Below are positions 53,305 through 64,000 of a stretch of DNA of 64,000 bases, piece by piece. Position numbers and translations under genes: made by a program. The DNA lies in the NCBI GenBank assembly GCA_964247055.1, contig OZ176055.1, positions 2,852,001-2,916,000 on the forward strand, written 5' to 3'. Position 1 is the first letter of the stretch, and each line of letters starts with the position of its first letter. This DNA is from Paragordius varius. Taxonomy: Eukaryota > Animalia > Nematomorpha. Under the pieces are notes generated by a model, which saw only the letters and a list, made by a program, of their open reading frames with translations, was not told the origin of the DNA and ran no database searches.

Positions 53305-53922
53305 TTAACCCGAAGCCATGGTGCTGGCCGTACTTGCCGTTGAAGCCGTCGATGCTGTGGAGGCCGTACTTGCCGTTGAAGCCGTTGATGCTGTAGAGGC
53401 AGTACTTGCTGTACTTGCGGTACTTGCTGTACTTGCTGTACTAGCTGTGCTTGCAGTACTTGCTGTACTTAGAGTACTCGCAGTTCCACCAGCTAAGGTT
53501 GTTGCCCTTGATAGTGTGCTGGCTGTACTTAGCGTAGTAGAGGCTGGAGGGATTGGGGCTCTGCTTCGAGACACGCGTGGCAGGAAAGGTATGCGTGTCC
53601 TAGCTATAGGTCGGAGTGTCCTTCTGGTCCGCACTGTCCTCCGAAATAAACGGGTAGTAGTCCGCAACCGAGGTCGTCTGGCCGGAGTAGTCGTCCTAAT
53701 CACAGGTATTCGGCAAAAGGGGCGACACTTGTATGGGTTTCTTGGGCACTGACGCGCAACTGGCATACATCCTGTTATTATTACAAATACATACATGAAT
53801 CATTCGTAATACTACAGTTAAGTAAAAATGTATAAAAAGGTTCTACTTGTTCTTTGGGCATCGCTTCTCCACACTACAATTAGAGCTATAAGAGACAAAA
53901 GGAAAATTTTCACACACCACAT
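53305..53922 (-). CDS. Secreted Cys/Arg-rich protein with (Thr-Ala-Ser)n tail, copy 1 (180 aa; exons 53922-53847, 53771-53305)
   Basis: Signal peptide MWCVKIFLLSLIALIVVWRSDA; 75-nt phase-1 GT-AG intron; CMPVARQCPRNPYKCRPFC, Arg/Thr-rich middle, about 16 TAS repeats; structure conserved in the paralog. Confidence 0.85.
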
Positions 53923-54106
53923 TAAATTAGGAAAAATCTGCAAAAGTAATATTCGACTAAAAATGTTTAATATTTTATATTATATGTTTAATTACCGAAA
54001 TATTTGGCTAACAACTTAATATTATTTTCGCATATTTGAATATAAATAGACTATTATGACTTATATTGCTATAAATATATTGGCCAAATCGCAAAATTTC
54101 TTATCG

Positions 54107-54318
54107 TGACCTTGATGAGCAATTAGCAATATTATTAGAAAAACGATGAACAATTAACTATTTATGATCCGAATATTCGGTTGGATATTTATGACAAAAT
54201 ATTTTTTTGATTTATGTTAATGACCGGTTAAACGAATAAAGAGAAATAAACATTCGTCCGACAATATAAAAGTTGAAGACTAATTGTCAAAACATATATG
54301 TACTTTTTGCCAAGGTCA
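54107..54318. promoter_or_regulatory. Two NR5A/FTZ-F1-type sites upstream of TAS gene copy 1
   Basis: TGACCTTGA (rc TCAAGGTCA) at 54107-54115 and CCAAGGTCA at 54310-54318; both retained at equivalent positions in the paralog. Confidence 0.5.
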
Positions 54319-56280
54319 TATCAAAGGTATTATAAGCAACGCAACCATATTTACCACTTTTTATGAGTAATTGATCACATGCATCGGTTAGTATTTAATA
54401 TTATATGGATTAATTAATATATGCTAAGTTAGGTTTTAAATATTTACCACTGTAAATTTATTAATTTTACCCAATGAATTTAATAATCAAAGTTTCTCTG
54501 AAATGCATGTATGATATGTTCATGCGTTAAAATCTTATCAAAATGTCTATTTCTAAACATAATATTATCCCTATTTGTTATTTTGGAAGGCCTTTCTTTT
54601 TACTTTGTAGTTTGTATTAGGAAACGTCTTAAAGTTTTACCAGGTGTAGTTCTTAAGTCATAATCGGTTTGACTAAGGAAGTAGGCAGCGTAAAGTAAGC
54701 AAACGATTAATTTGACCCAAACGCCATTTTGTTCATCTGACATTAATTGACGAACTAAGTTGAGTCAGCCAAAATGTAGCTTATTTAGTAATCGTCGATT
54801 GTGCCTAATGACATTTGCGGAACGCAACGTTTTTCTATACCTAAAGAAAAAGGATGTTGAAGATTTATGATAATATTAAAAGAATAAATAGTATGTGGAG
54901 AATCATTTTTAATTCATAACTCTCATAGTATTGATACCGAAACTGTGGTCCAGAAAAATTTAGAGGTGATACCAAAAAAATATTTACATATTTCTTAATT
55001 TGCTAAAAACATTTTTATGTGTTGTTTTAATTTTATAAAAGTTTTCGAAACTTTGTATTAGTTGGTTGATATCACATAGAGAATATCATATTTTTTAGTT
55101 TTTAATACATTTTGCATCTTTAATTAAACCTCCTCTTCAAAACCTAAGCAAACAAAATTCATAATCATAGAATTTGAAATATTGTTGTAGTTGTTGCTAA
55201 GATCTATTCAGACTTGCTAGAACATTGAAAGTATTACTTTTCCATTCATTGCGAAAACAATATCTGGCGTTTAGTTATGCCATGGAAGATATAAAATAAA
55301 ATTTATTGCAGGGATGGATGTCTTAGTTTTTGTGAGCCGGAACAACTATTTTTAAACCGTTTTAATATGATGAGAGATTAAAACCCGTTTAACCCAAAAT
55401 TTTAATTAAGTTGTGAAGCGTAGTAAAAATAATTGCATGATACGTGTACATAAAAAGGCTAGCACTGTCCCATGGCCTTTTTAGTGCCCATTTGTAGCTT
55501 GACGCATAAATGATCATACATTTCAAATAAGTTTTATGTATTTTGGATTAATTTGAACATCCGGAAAACATGCCACTCCCTTTTCGCCATATAAGCTTTT
55601 ACTTAAATTTTGATACCATTTAACAACGTTTGCCAGTATCGAATTGCAACCACTATCTTAGCAGGTCCAACCCAACCACAGTCTTGAATATTAAATGGTA
55701 TAGGACGGTGTATAAAAAAACCTCCTCAAACTTTATTTTGTTAATCTGAGTATTTCGAAAAGTCCTATTTTTTGTGCGAAATAACCTAAATTTTTGTGTA
55801 ACATTATTTTTTAACACCAAAAAAATTAAAAAGATTATTTAATATTTTTAAAGCTTTACAGAATAAATTAAGATGAAACTGATAAAATATCCGAAGTAAT
55901 TGACGAATTTCCTATAATTATTAATATAATGATTTAATCTAATAAACATATAATTCATTTGATCATTTCCAGAAAAATATTAAGTTTAAAAAATCCAATA
56001 TTTTATATTGAATAAATGATTAAATGTCATAATAAATTTAGCAGACGAATAAAATCCATTAATCGATTGTCAAAATGATCATGTGATTTTTATACAAAAT
56101 AAGATTTATATCAATTTTTTGCGTGCCGCCCACCGTTTTTTAGGTCGAAAATGCGGCTTATTAAGCTTTTTGCATAGCACTGCTGAATTAAATATTGAAT
56201 ATAGTATATTTTAGAAAATAAAATCATGTGGAATCATTTATTATTTAATTTATATATGATGGCTTCCAACATTATTGTAT

Positions 56281-57754
56281 ACGAGTCACTTTTTTGATTT
56301 AGGCCCTCTTTTTACCCGCTACCCCCGTAAAATGCCACCTTTTTCAAAAAACAAAGTCCACAAAAATAATTTTTTAAATCGATTTTTCGCCCTAGGTATG
56401 AGACCGTAAAAATTCAATAAAGATTCCACGTATTCCCTGTTAAAAGGCAAAAATTTTAGTCCACCGTTTATTTTATGATAGCTGCTGGGTAAGGAGCTAC
56501 CCGCTAAAAACTGATTTTTCATATAACTTTGTGATCTGTTTCCGGAAAACCGGTGATCCCATTCAAATCCAAACATCGAAAAAATATAATCATTAATGAA
56601 TGCCCCGACAATAGTTTCGCCCTTTTTTTGGAATTAGGTCCCCAGTTCGGGCCCACCCCGTGTGAAAAATGGGTTAGGTCAATTTTTTGGAGAACGTGTT
56701 GGACCATTCAATTTCAAATATGAATTTTACATATTTTTGATCGCGCTGAACATAGTCGAGTCACTTTTTTGATTTAGGCCCTCTTTTTACCCGCTACCCC
56801 CGTAAAATGCCATTTTTTCAAAAAAAACAAAGTCCACAAAAATATTTTTTTGATTGTATTTTTTTGCCCACGGTATGAGACTGTAAAAGATCGAGAAAGA
56901 TTTTTCGTATTGCCTGTTAAAAGGCAAAAATTTTAGTCAAGCGTTTCTTTGATGATAGATGCTGAGTAAGGAGTATCTATCATATGTATAGCATGTTAAA
57001 AGATAGGATATTAATACATTATTTATGGTAACCTATATATTTATAAAAATGGAAAATGCTGGCCTGGTACAGGAAAACCGGTAGACCCAATCAAATCCAA
57101 ATATCGAAAAAATATAATCATTAATAAATGTCCCGACAATAGCTTCGCCTTTTTTTTGAAATAGGCCCCCAGTTCGGGCCCACCCCGTATGAAAAACGGG
57201 TTTTTTTGAAAACAGAAGTCCACAAAAATCGTGTTTTTGTAACAATTTTCCGGAGAATGCGTAGGTCCATTCAATTTCAAATATAATTTTTTTTACTTAA
57301 TTTTGATTGCGCTGAACATAGTCGAGTCACTTTTTTGATTTAGGCCCTCTTTTTACCCGCTACCCCCGTAAAATGCCACCTTTTTCAAAAAAAAACAAAG
57401 TCCACAAAAATATTTTTTTGATTGTATTTTTTTGCCCACGGTATGAGACTGTAAAAATTCGAGAAAGATTTTTCGTATTGCCTGTTAAAAGGCAAAAATT
57501 TTAGTCAAGCGTTTCTTTGATGATAGATGCTGAGTAAGGAGTATCTATCATATGCATAGCATGTTAAAAGATATATGGATATTAATACATTATTTATGGT
57601 AATCTATATATTTATAAAAATGGAAAATGCTGGCTTTGTGATCTGGTACAGGAAAAACGGTAGACCCATTCAAATCCAAACTTCGAACCCCCCCCCCCCC
57701 TCCCCAGAAGTCCGAAGGACTTCCTCGGGCTGCGTAGCAGCACGAGAACGCTAG
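56281..57754 (+). mobile_element. 5'-truncated Helitron-like element of the same family
   Basis: Starts mid-repeat; decayed internal 5' end (CC for TC) at 57032; intact 5' end at 57603; double hairpin then CTAG|T at 57751-57754. Confidence 0.8.
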
Positions 57755-58606
57755 TTATTGTATATTTTTTAAGGTGAAAGATAAAGTTTAATAAAATGAA
57801 GAAAACCCCTTTAAAAGCTCTTATATCTGAAAATAAAAACATATATGGTAACCTATAGCCGGTAATAAAAAATGGCGTCAAAATTATATAATCAAGATTT
57901 TCGGGGATAAAATTCCCAAAATTAAAAATCTGAGATGATAGAACTTTTTTCTGCATCGAATGTATGGAAAAGTTTAACTTTTTGCGATATAGTGAATAAA
58001 CACTATATATAGAATTGATATTTTTTATAAACTCTACCGTAACAAGTTTTTATTATTCAAATTTGACGCCAAAGTGTGATTTTTTGCTTATATTTTTGTA
58101 AGTCTTTCTAAGACACTCCGAAAAAAATTGTAAAATCTTTATTGTTAAATTTTGTGTTTAGAATTATCCTTATGCTATATTTCAACATATAAAATTTAGT
58201 TCTCGCGTTTTCATCTATTGTATTTAATTTAATTTGGCCTAATATGCGATAAAAATGGGTTTTGATTAGGTTACAAAAAAAATTAAATTAATTTTTTTTC
58301 TAATATTTTAACCGCACATATCATTTCGATATTCATTGACCTGAAACTTTTAGCTATCTAATTATATATGATTCAATGACATTTATTTTTGCTTCGCACC
58401 AGCCACCCCATTAAAGTTACTATATTGATATATAAATCATATATAGTTAATATATCAATAATATTGCTAATTATAAAAATCTTAAAATGATATTTAAGGG
58501 TATATTCAGATACAACAAAGTATATAAAATCTTAAAGGTTAATTTGATTTGATCATAATTTAATAATCATGAATATGTATATTAGATTGATGTGATTCAG
58601 ATATAA

Positions 58607-59252
58607 TCAGCCCAAAGTGCTGGCCGTGGACATGGTTGAGGCCGTCGATGCTGTGGAGGCCGTACTTGCTGTACTTGCCGTTGACGCTGTCGATGCTGTA
58701 GAGGCCGTACTTGCTGTACTTGCTGTGCTTGCAGTGCTTGCGGTACTTGCCGTGCTTGCTGTACTTAAAGTACTCGCAGTTCCACCAGCTAAAGTTGTTG
58801 CACTTGATAGGGTGCTCGCTGTACTTAGCGTAGTAGAGGCTGGAGGGATTGGGGCCCTACTTCGAGACACGCGTGGCAGGAAAGGAATGCGGGTCCTAGC
58901 TATAGGTCGGGGTGTCCTTCTGGTCCGCACCGTCCTCCGAAATAAACGGGTGGTAGTCCGCAAACGGGGTTGCCTGGCCCGTGTTGTCGTGGTTCTAACT
59001 GCAGGAGCTGTTACTCGACAAAAGGGACGACATCTGTAAGGATTCTGTGGGCACTGACGCGCAACTGGCATACATCCTGTTATTATGAACACATAAGTGA
59101 TTCGTTATAAGATTTGGTAAAAAATAAAAATAAAATCAATGTATTACAGTTAAGGTAGAAAAGTAAAAAATGTTACTTGTTCTTTGGGCTTCACTCGTCC
59201 ATACTACAATAAGGGCGATGAGGGACAAAAATAAAATCTTCACGCACCACAT
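58607..59252 (-). CDS. Secreted Cys/Arg-rich protein with (Thr-Ala-Ser)n tail, copy 2 (181 aa; exons 59252-59177, 59076-58607)
   Basis: Signal peptide MWCVKILFLSLIALIVVWTSEA; same 76-nt first exon and phase-1 intron; four Cys conserved; about 14 consecutive TAS repeats. Confidence 0.85.
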
Positions 59253-59399
59253 TAAATTCAAAATAATTTTTATTATTTATTATGTTTAAATACCAAAATA
59301 TTTGGCAACCAACTAATATTATTTTTGGATATTTATATAAATAGACTATTATCACTTAAATTGATATAAAATTTGGTCAAACTGCAAAATATCTTCTCG

Positions 59400-59604
59400 T
59401 GACCTTGAAAGGTAATTAGCAATATTATAAACGATGAATAATTAACTATTTATGATCCAAATATTTGGTTTTTATTCGCATGACAAAATATTTTTGTATT
59501 TTATGTTAATTACGACAGGTCGAACAAATACAGCAATATCCGTTCGACATAATAAAAGTTTAAGACTAATTGTCAAAACATATATGTACTTTTCGCCAAG
59601 GTCA
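59400..59604. promoter_or_regulatory. Two NR5A/FTZ-F1-type sites upstream of TAS gene copy 2
   Basis: TGACCTTGA at 59400-59408 and CCAAGGTCA at 59596-59604. Confidence 0.5.
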
Positions 59605-60189
59605 TATCAAAGGTATTATAAGCAACATAACCATATTTAATTTTAATGTATAATTGGTCACAGGACTAGTTTGAAAATATTAAGTGGCATAATAACATAT
59701 ACTTGTAACCAACGTATATTAATTAATTCTATATTAATTTTACCCATTCTTTTTTAAAGTATTTAAAGAATGCTTAAAACTCAATATACTTGTATATATG
59801 ACGGTCCTAACGTCGACTAGTATAAAGTTTACTAAATATTTTTTCCATATTATATTTTAAGGCCCTTTTATTTATTTTAGAGGTCAAATTTTTAGAATAT
59901 AAGAAGAAAGAGTCCTAATTATTTAAGTGTAGTTTTTAGTTACGGGTTTAATCAAGAGACGACGTCGACGAAAAGTACGCAGACGATTAATTTAACACAG
60001 TTGCCAAATGACAAACACACAAAGGTTGACTCAGCCAAGATATGTCCTTTTATTTTAATCAATCAGTAATGATCGTGCCTAGAAGGAAACATTTGCCTTT
60101 TCTTTTACCTTAAAAGAAAAAGCTGTTGAAAGTAATGATTAGCTGGTAGAATATATGGCGAAATGCTCTATCGATCCAAACAGATGAAA

Positions 60190-60870
60190 TATGATTTCGT
60201 AAATTTAAAAGATGAGTATGAATAGAGTGCACGCTCTGGTAGACCATACAACTGCTCAGAAAATAAGAAGAATTAGCGATGACCCAAAACTCAATGTGGC
60301 AGAAGCATTACATGTGTAATGAACAGAAGACGTCTCTGAGAAATAAGAAAGACCAAAAAACTAGGTAAATGGTCCCCACACAATTTGAATAAACGTCATA
60401 TCAGATGGCAAAGCGACTTGTGCTATCCTCCTTCAACGAGATTGAAGGTAATCATTTTTGTTTCGAATATTGACGGCTTATTAGAATTGACTTTATTTAT
60501 CCAAAGCGGAGATAATCGTGGCTTTCACCTTGCTTAGCCAATCAATCAAGACCACCAAATCGCTTCGGCAAAAAGATCGTGCTCTGTTTCTAGTCCAGAG
60601 CGGTAGTGTGTAATATAAACTTTTGAAGCTTGGCCGTTAATAGTTATCGCCAACAAATCTTTAATATGATTGATGCATTAATCAAAAAACGACCGGACAT
60701 GAAATTGATTTTGCCATCAATACACCGTCGCACAAAGAAAAATCAGCAAAAGACACCTTAAAATCTCTTCGATGAAGATGAATTCTTCCTCTGTAAGACG
60801 TTTAAAAAGCTTACGAATGGTTTGCCACAAAATACAATCGGTATTTCTGAAATCGCCTTTATATCCTGAA
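60190..60870 (+). mobile_element. Degenerate mariner transposase relic
   Basis: KKLGKWSPHNL at 60355-60387 (mariner WVPHEL linker motif) followed by frame-broken RFGK...GxV...KLL; many stops. Confidence 0.65.
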
Positions 60871-61206
60871 AAATGAAAATATTAGCTAACATTTTAGAGA
60901 AAATAAATAATAGATTTTTTAATATTACTTGTTAGTTTTGTAAAAAACTGCGGCCTTTTAATACATATTATAAATTTTATAATATATCACAAAACAATGT
61001 ATTTTATTGATTCTTTATCGTCCCTAATCATGAAAATAACTATAACATTTTTAATTAATGAAATGCCTATGATGCTTTAAAAAAATGTAAAATTGCAAAA
61101 AAATCCACATCTGAATCATTTTCGCCGTCATTTTTTTCTTTAAGTTTTTTGATTCGCTAAAACAATAGGCAAATAAATTTATATTATGGATAGAAAATGT
61201 AAATAA

Positions 61207-61397
61207 GGCGTGATGGTATAGTAGGTAGGGCGTAGGACTCCTACACGGCGTGCCAGGGTTCGAAACCCGAAACTACGCAATGTTTCCATCATCACTGTCA
61301 GCCCTGGGCAGGCGAGTGTTAAAGCCTTCACATGTCCGGGTACAATTTAAGTCTTTACCCTTTAATAAAAAAGGAAGAAAGAGTAAACTGTATATAT
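61207..61397 (+). mobile_element. tRNA-derived SINE (191 bp) with 11-bp TSD
   Basis: A box TGGTATAGTAGG, B box GGTTCGAAACCC, non-tRNA body and tail; AATGTAAATAA at 61196-61206 and 61398-61408; further copies at 63585-63768 and 35282-35386. Confidence 0.8.
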
Positions 61398-62544
61398 AAT
61401 GTAAATAATTAACTTTTGTTAGCTTTCAGGTGGCATTTTACCAGGACAGTTGATATTTATCGATTTTGAAATCAGCTGTTTATTTAAAACGTGTTATAAA
61501 GCTTCAGATTTATCCTGTAAAAAATATAAGCTTTTTTATTTAATGCAGGGAACAATGTTTGACAAGTAAATTTTAACAAAAACAATTTTTAAAACAATAG
61601 TTTATTTATAAGATTAAGCTCTGGATTCAACACTACACCAATATGTCGTCGCTGACAAAAAAGTAAAAAGCTGAAGTATTCATAATTACTCCATTTTCCT
61701 ACCGATTGGATTAGCCTGTAAATAAATAATTTTTCATTAATATCACCAATTATTGACATATTATAACTGCAATTAAAAAAATATCCTTCGCAATTATAAA
61801 CCTACTTCTATGTATGTCCTCCCAAATATAAATTATATCAATATTGTTTCCACCCATTTTTATCTAGACAAAACGCTCCAATATTACCAACACCCATCTG
61901 GTCAATTCAATATAAAAATGAAAAGCATGTTAAAAAAGATTGGTTAAAGCAACAATGCATCAAATATGACCTCATAAAATATCCACGGCATCTTAAATAC
62001 TTTTTTAATTATAGGCAAAAATGCAACGCACTTACTTATGTGAGATATATCTGAATCAAATATGGACATTTTCTTGACAATAAATTTTAATTGAGTGTTA
62101 AAATATCAGTGTAGCATAGATTTTTTTCAAAAATGAGAACAAGGATATGCAAATAAGGCAACATTTATAAATGACTTAATTGATAGGTAGTATCATATAT
62201 AATTTTCCAGTATTTGAATACAATGGTTATAACTATATCGCAATTCTTATAAAAAAAGATTTTACTCTGGTTAGAGAAATCAATTTCATCAAAATTTATT
62301 ATCTCGTTTAGTTATATACATGATAATAATGATATAAGAAAATAAAATCAAGTAATCATCAAATGTAAACATTTTATTGAAAATGCATGTTTTTGGTATT
62401 ACAAATTTCACTAGTGCCAAATTTAACATATATTAAATAGTATTAATATCGTCGTGATTCTTGATTTGCTTTTGTGCAGATATATTTTTTTGGTAATATA
62501 TATAAAAATAAGTTGGTAATTTTGAGTGCGACTGTTATTATATC

Positions 62545-63954
62545 TTATTTCCGGTATCCCAAACTTCCAGCAACATCGGCACTTTTAACGCTATCAAAAG
62601 CTGCGTTTGTTCGAGAATAAATTTTGGGGTCATCTGGGTCAAGTTCTATGACTTTTTGCAATCCCTTTGACATTTGGTCGGAGAGAGCCTTGTTTTGAAG
62701 GTGGGCCACCATTTTAGGTTGAAACTTTTGATCCTTAGATTTTTGCCAATCCAAGCCTCCAATTCCCCCAATACCGCCTAGCCCTCCAAGTCCTCCTATA
62801 GCATTCCCAATCACATTGTCTCGGTTTGAGCAACAATCATCTTTTTTCTTGACAATCTTAATTATGTCTACACGGGCCCGGGTAGAATCTGTGGTGGAAC
62901 TCCTAAAATTAAGAAATTTAACATTTAAAATATTTTATGTTATAACGTGCTGGTATAGTAAAATTACGGTTTATTTTAAATGATAATCTATTTTAATGGG
63001 AAATTATTATCACATATTTATATATATATATATATATAATTAGTATTTTTTAGTTATATAAGATATAAATAGATAGGATTATACTTCAAACTTAGGAGCT
63101 CACTAAAAAATAGTTAAAAATATAATAGTTTCTAAAAAAAATTTCAATATTTAAAAATATAAGAATTTGTAATAAAAATTCCAATTGCATATAAAAATTA
63201 AGCAACAAGACACTCACGTAGTGGTGGAAGACGTTGTATCCTTAATATATTTTCCAAATTTATAGCTTGGGATGACTTTGAAGGGGTTTTTCTTGCCTCC
63301 ACCGTAGCCTCCTCCACCAAAGCCACCAATTCCCCCGCCAATTCCACCTCCAAAACCGCCTCCATACCCTCCGCCAATCCCACCGCTAGGTTTTTTGGGA
63401 GGAGGGGGTGGCGGTTTCTTTTGTGGTTGTTGTTGATGACCGCCCCAATTTTGTTGTTGCCAATTGTTGGGTATGAGGTAGGGATTGACTGGGGTACAAC
63501 TTATTTCGATCAAAAAATGTGCAATCTATAATATATAATATATATATATATATATATACAAATGAATAATATGTATTGTATCGATAAATAGACAGTTTAG
63601 AGTCACTTTTATCCTTTTTCTATAAAGGGTTAGTACTTAAGTGGCACTAGGACTTGTAAAAGCTTTAACAATCGTCTGCCCAGGACTGACAGTTATAATG
63701 GAAAATTGCGTTAAACTCTGGTACACCGCACAGTGTAAGAGTTCGGCGCACTACCTACTCACCATTCATTAAATGAATTATGTAATATTTTTTGTTTATG
63801 ATACCACTAAAGGTATTTAGGATAAAAAATAAAGAATTTAAACAAATTAACCCCTAAAAATAAGAGATAAGCGGTTAATAAAAAAATCAAATTTTTGATA
63901 TTATTTTATTACCACGCATATAGAAGCGAATAGGATAAATCTTAATCGATCCAT
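62545..63954 (-). CDS. Secreted Gly/Pro-rich protein (235 aa; exons 63954-63913, 63525-63218, 62902-62545)
   Basis: Spliced signal peptide MDRLRFILFASICV|IAHFLIEISC; donors GTAATA and GTGAGT with phases 0 and 2; Gln-rich, poly-Pro, GG[IYF]GG blocks, Ser/Thr linker, CC, second Gly block. Confidence 0.85.
63585..63768 (-). mobile_element. Degenerate SINE copy in intron 1 of the Gly-rich gene
   Basis: Reverse complement aligns along its length to 61207-61397 (ACTGTCAGTCCTGGGCAGACGATTGTTAAAGC; TAAACTGT tail); B box lost. Confidence 0.7.
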
Positions 63955-64000
63955 TGTTGATTTAATGTATTTGTTGGTGGATAAAACAAAATTAAATGGA

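Noticed and set aside
53318-53752. Plus-strand hydrophobic (VLA)n ORFs, also 58617-59039
   Set aside because: Antisense shadow of the TAS repeat; the minus strand has the signal peptide, conserved intron and conserved Cys.
61207-61279. Functional tRNA gene
   Set aside because: The anticodon arm cannot form a 7-nt loop, the acceptor stem is poor, and it continues into a repeated body with a TSD, so it is a SINE head.

Overview
Very AT-rich eukaryotic (invertebrate-like) genomic DNA with GT-AG introns; the taxon cannot be fixed from sequence alone. All supported genes are on the minus strand. (1) A Tau/MAP2-family microtubule-associated protein gene: at least 9 phase-compatible exons over 993-23901 (about 958 aa, 5' end unresolved; candidate extra exon 34850-35110). 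(2) A two-exon LRR single-pass membrane protein (42472-44794, 576 aa, no TIR). (3) Two tandem paralogous two-exon genes for small secreted Cys/Arg-rich proteins with (Thr-Ala-Ser)n tails (53305-53922, 58607-59252), sharing conserved upstream NR5A/FTZ-F1 and AP-1-type motifs. (4) A three-exon secreted Gly/Pro-rich protein (62545-63954). About 12 kb (about 19%) of the window is one non-autonomous Helitron-like family (A|TC...hairpin-CTAG|T) carrying internal satellite arrays at four loci, including a self-nested insertion, 5'-end-to-5'-end tandem units and a 153-bp minimal module. The rest is a transposon graveyard: hAT elements with 8-bp TSDs, foldback elements, and RTE LINE, IS630/Tc1, mariner and possible piggyBac relics, plus a tRNA-derived SINE. 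Most ORFs in the supplied track are repeat-derived or antisense artefacts. All exon models and alignments were read by eye, not computed.
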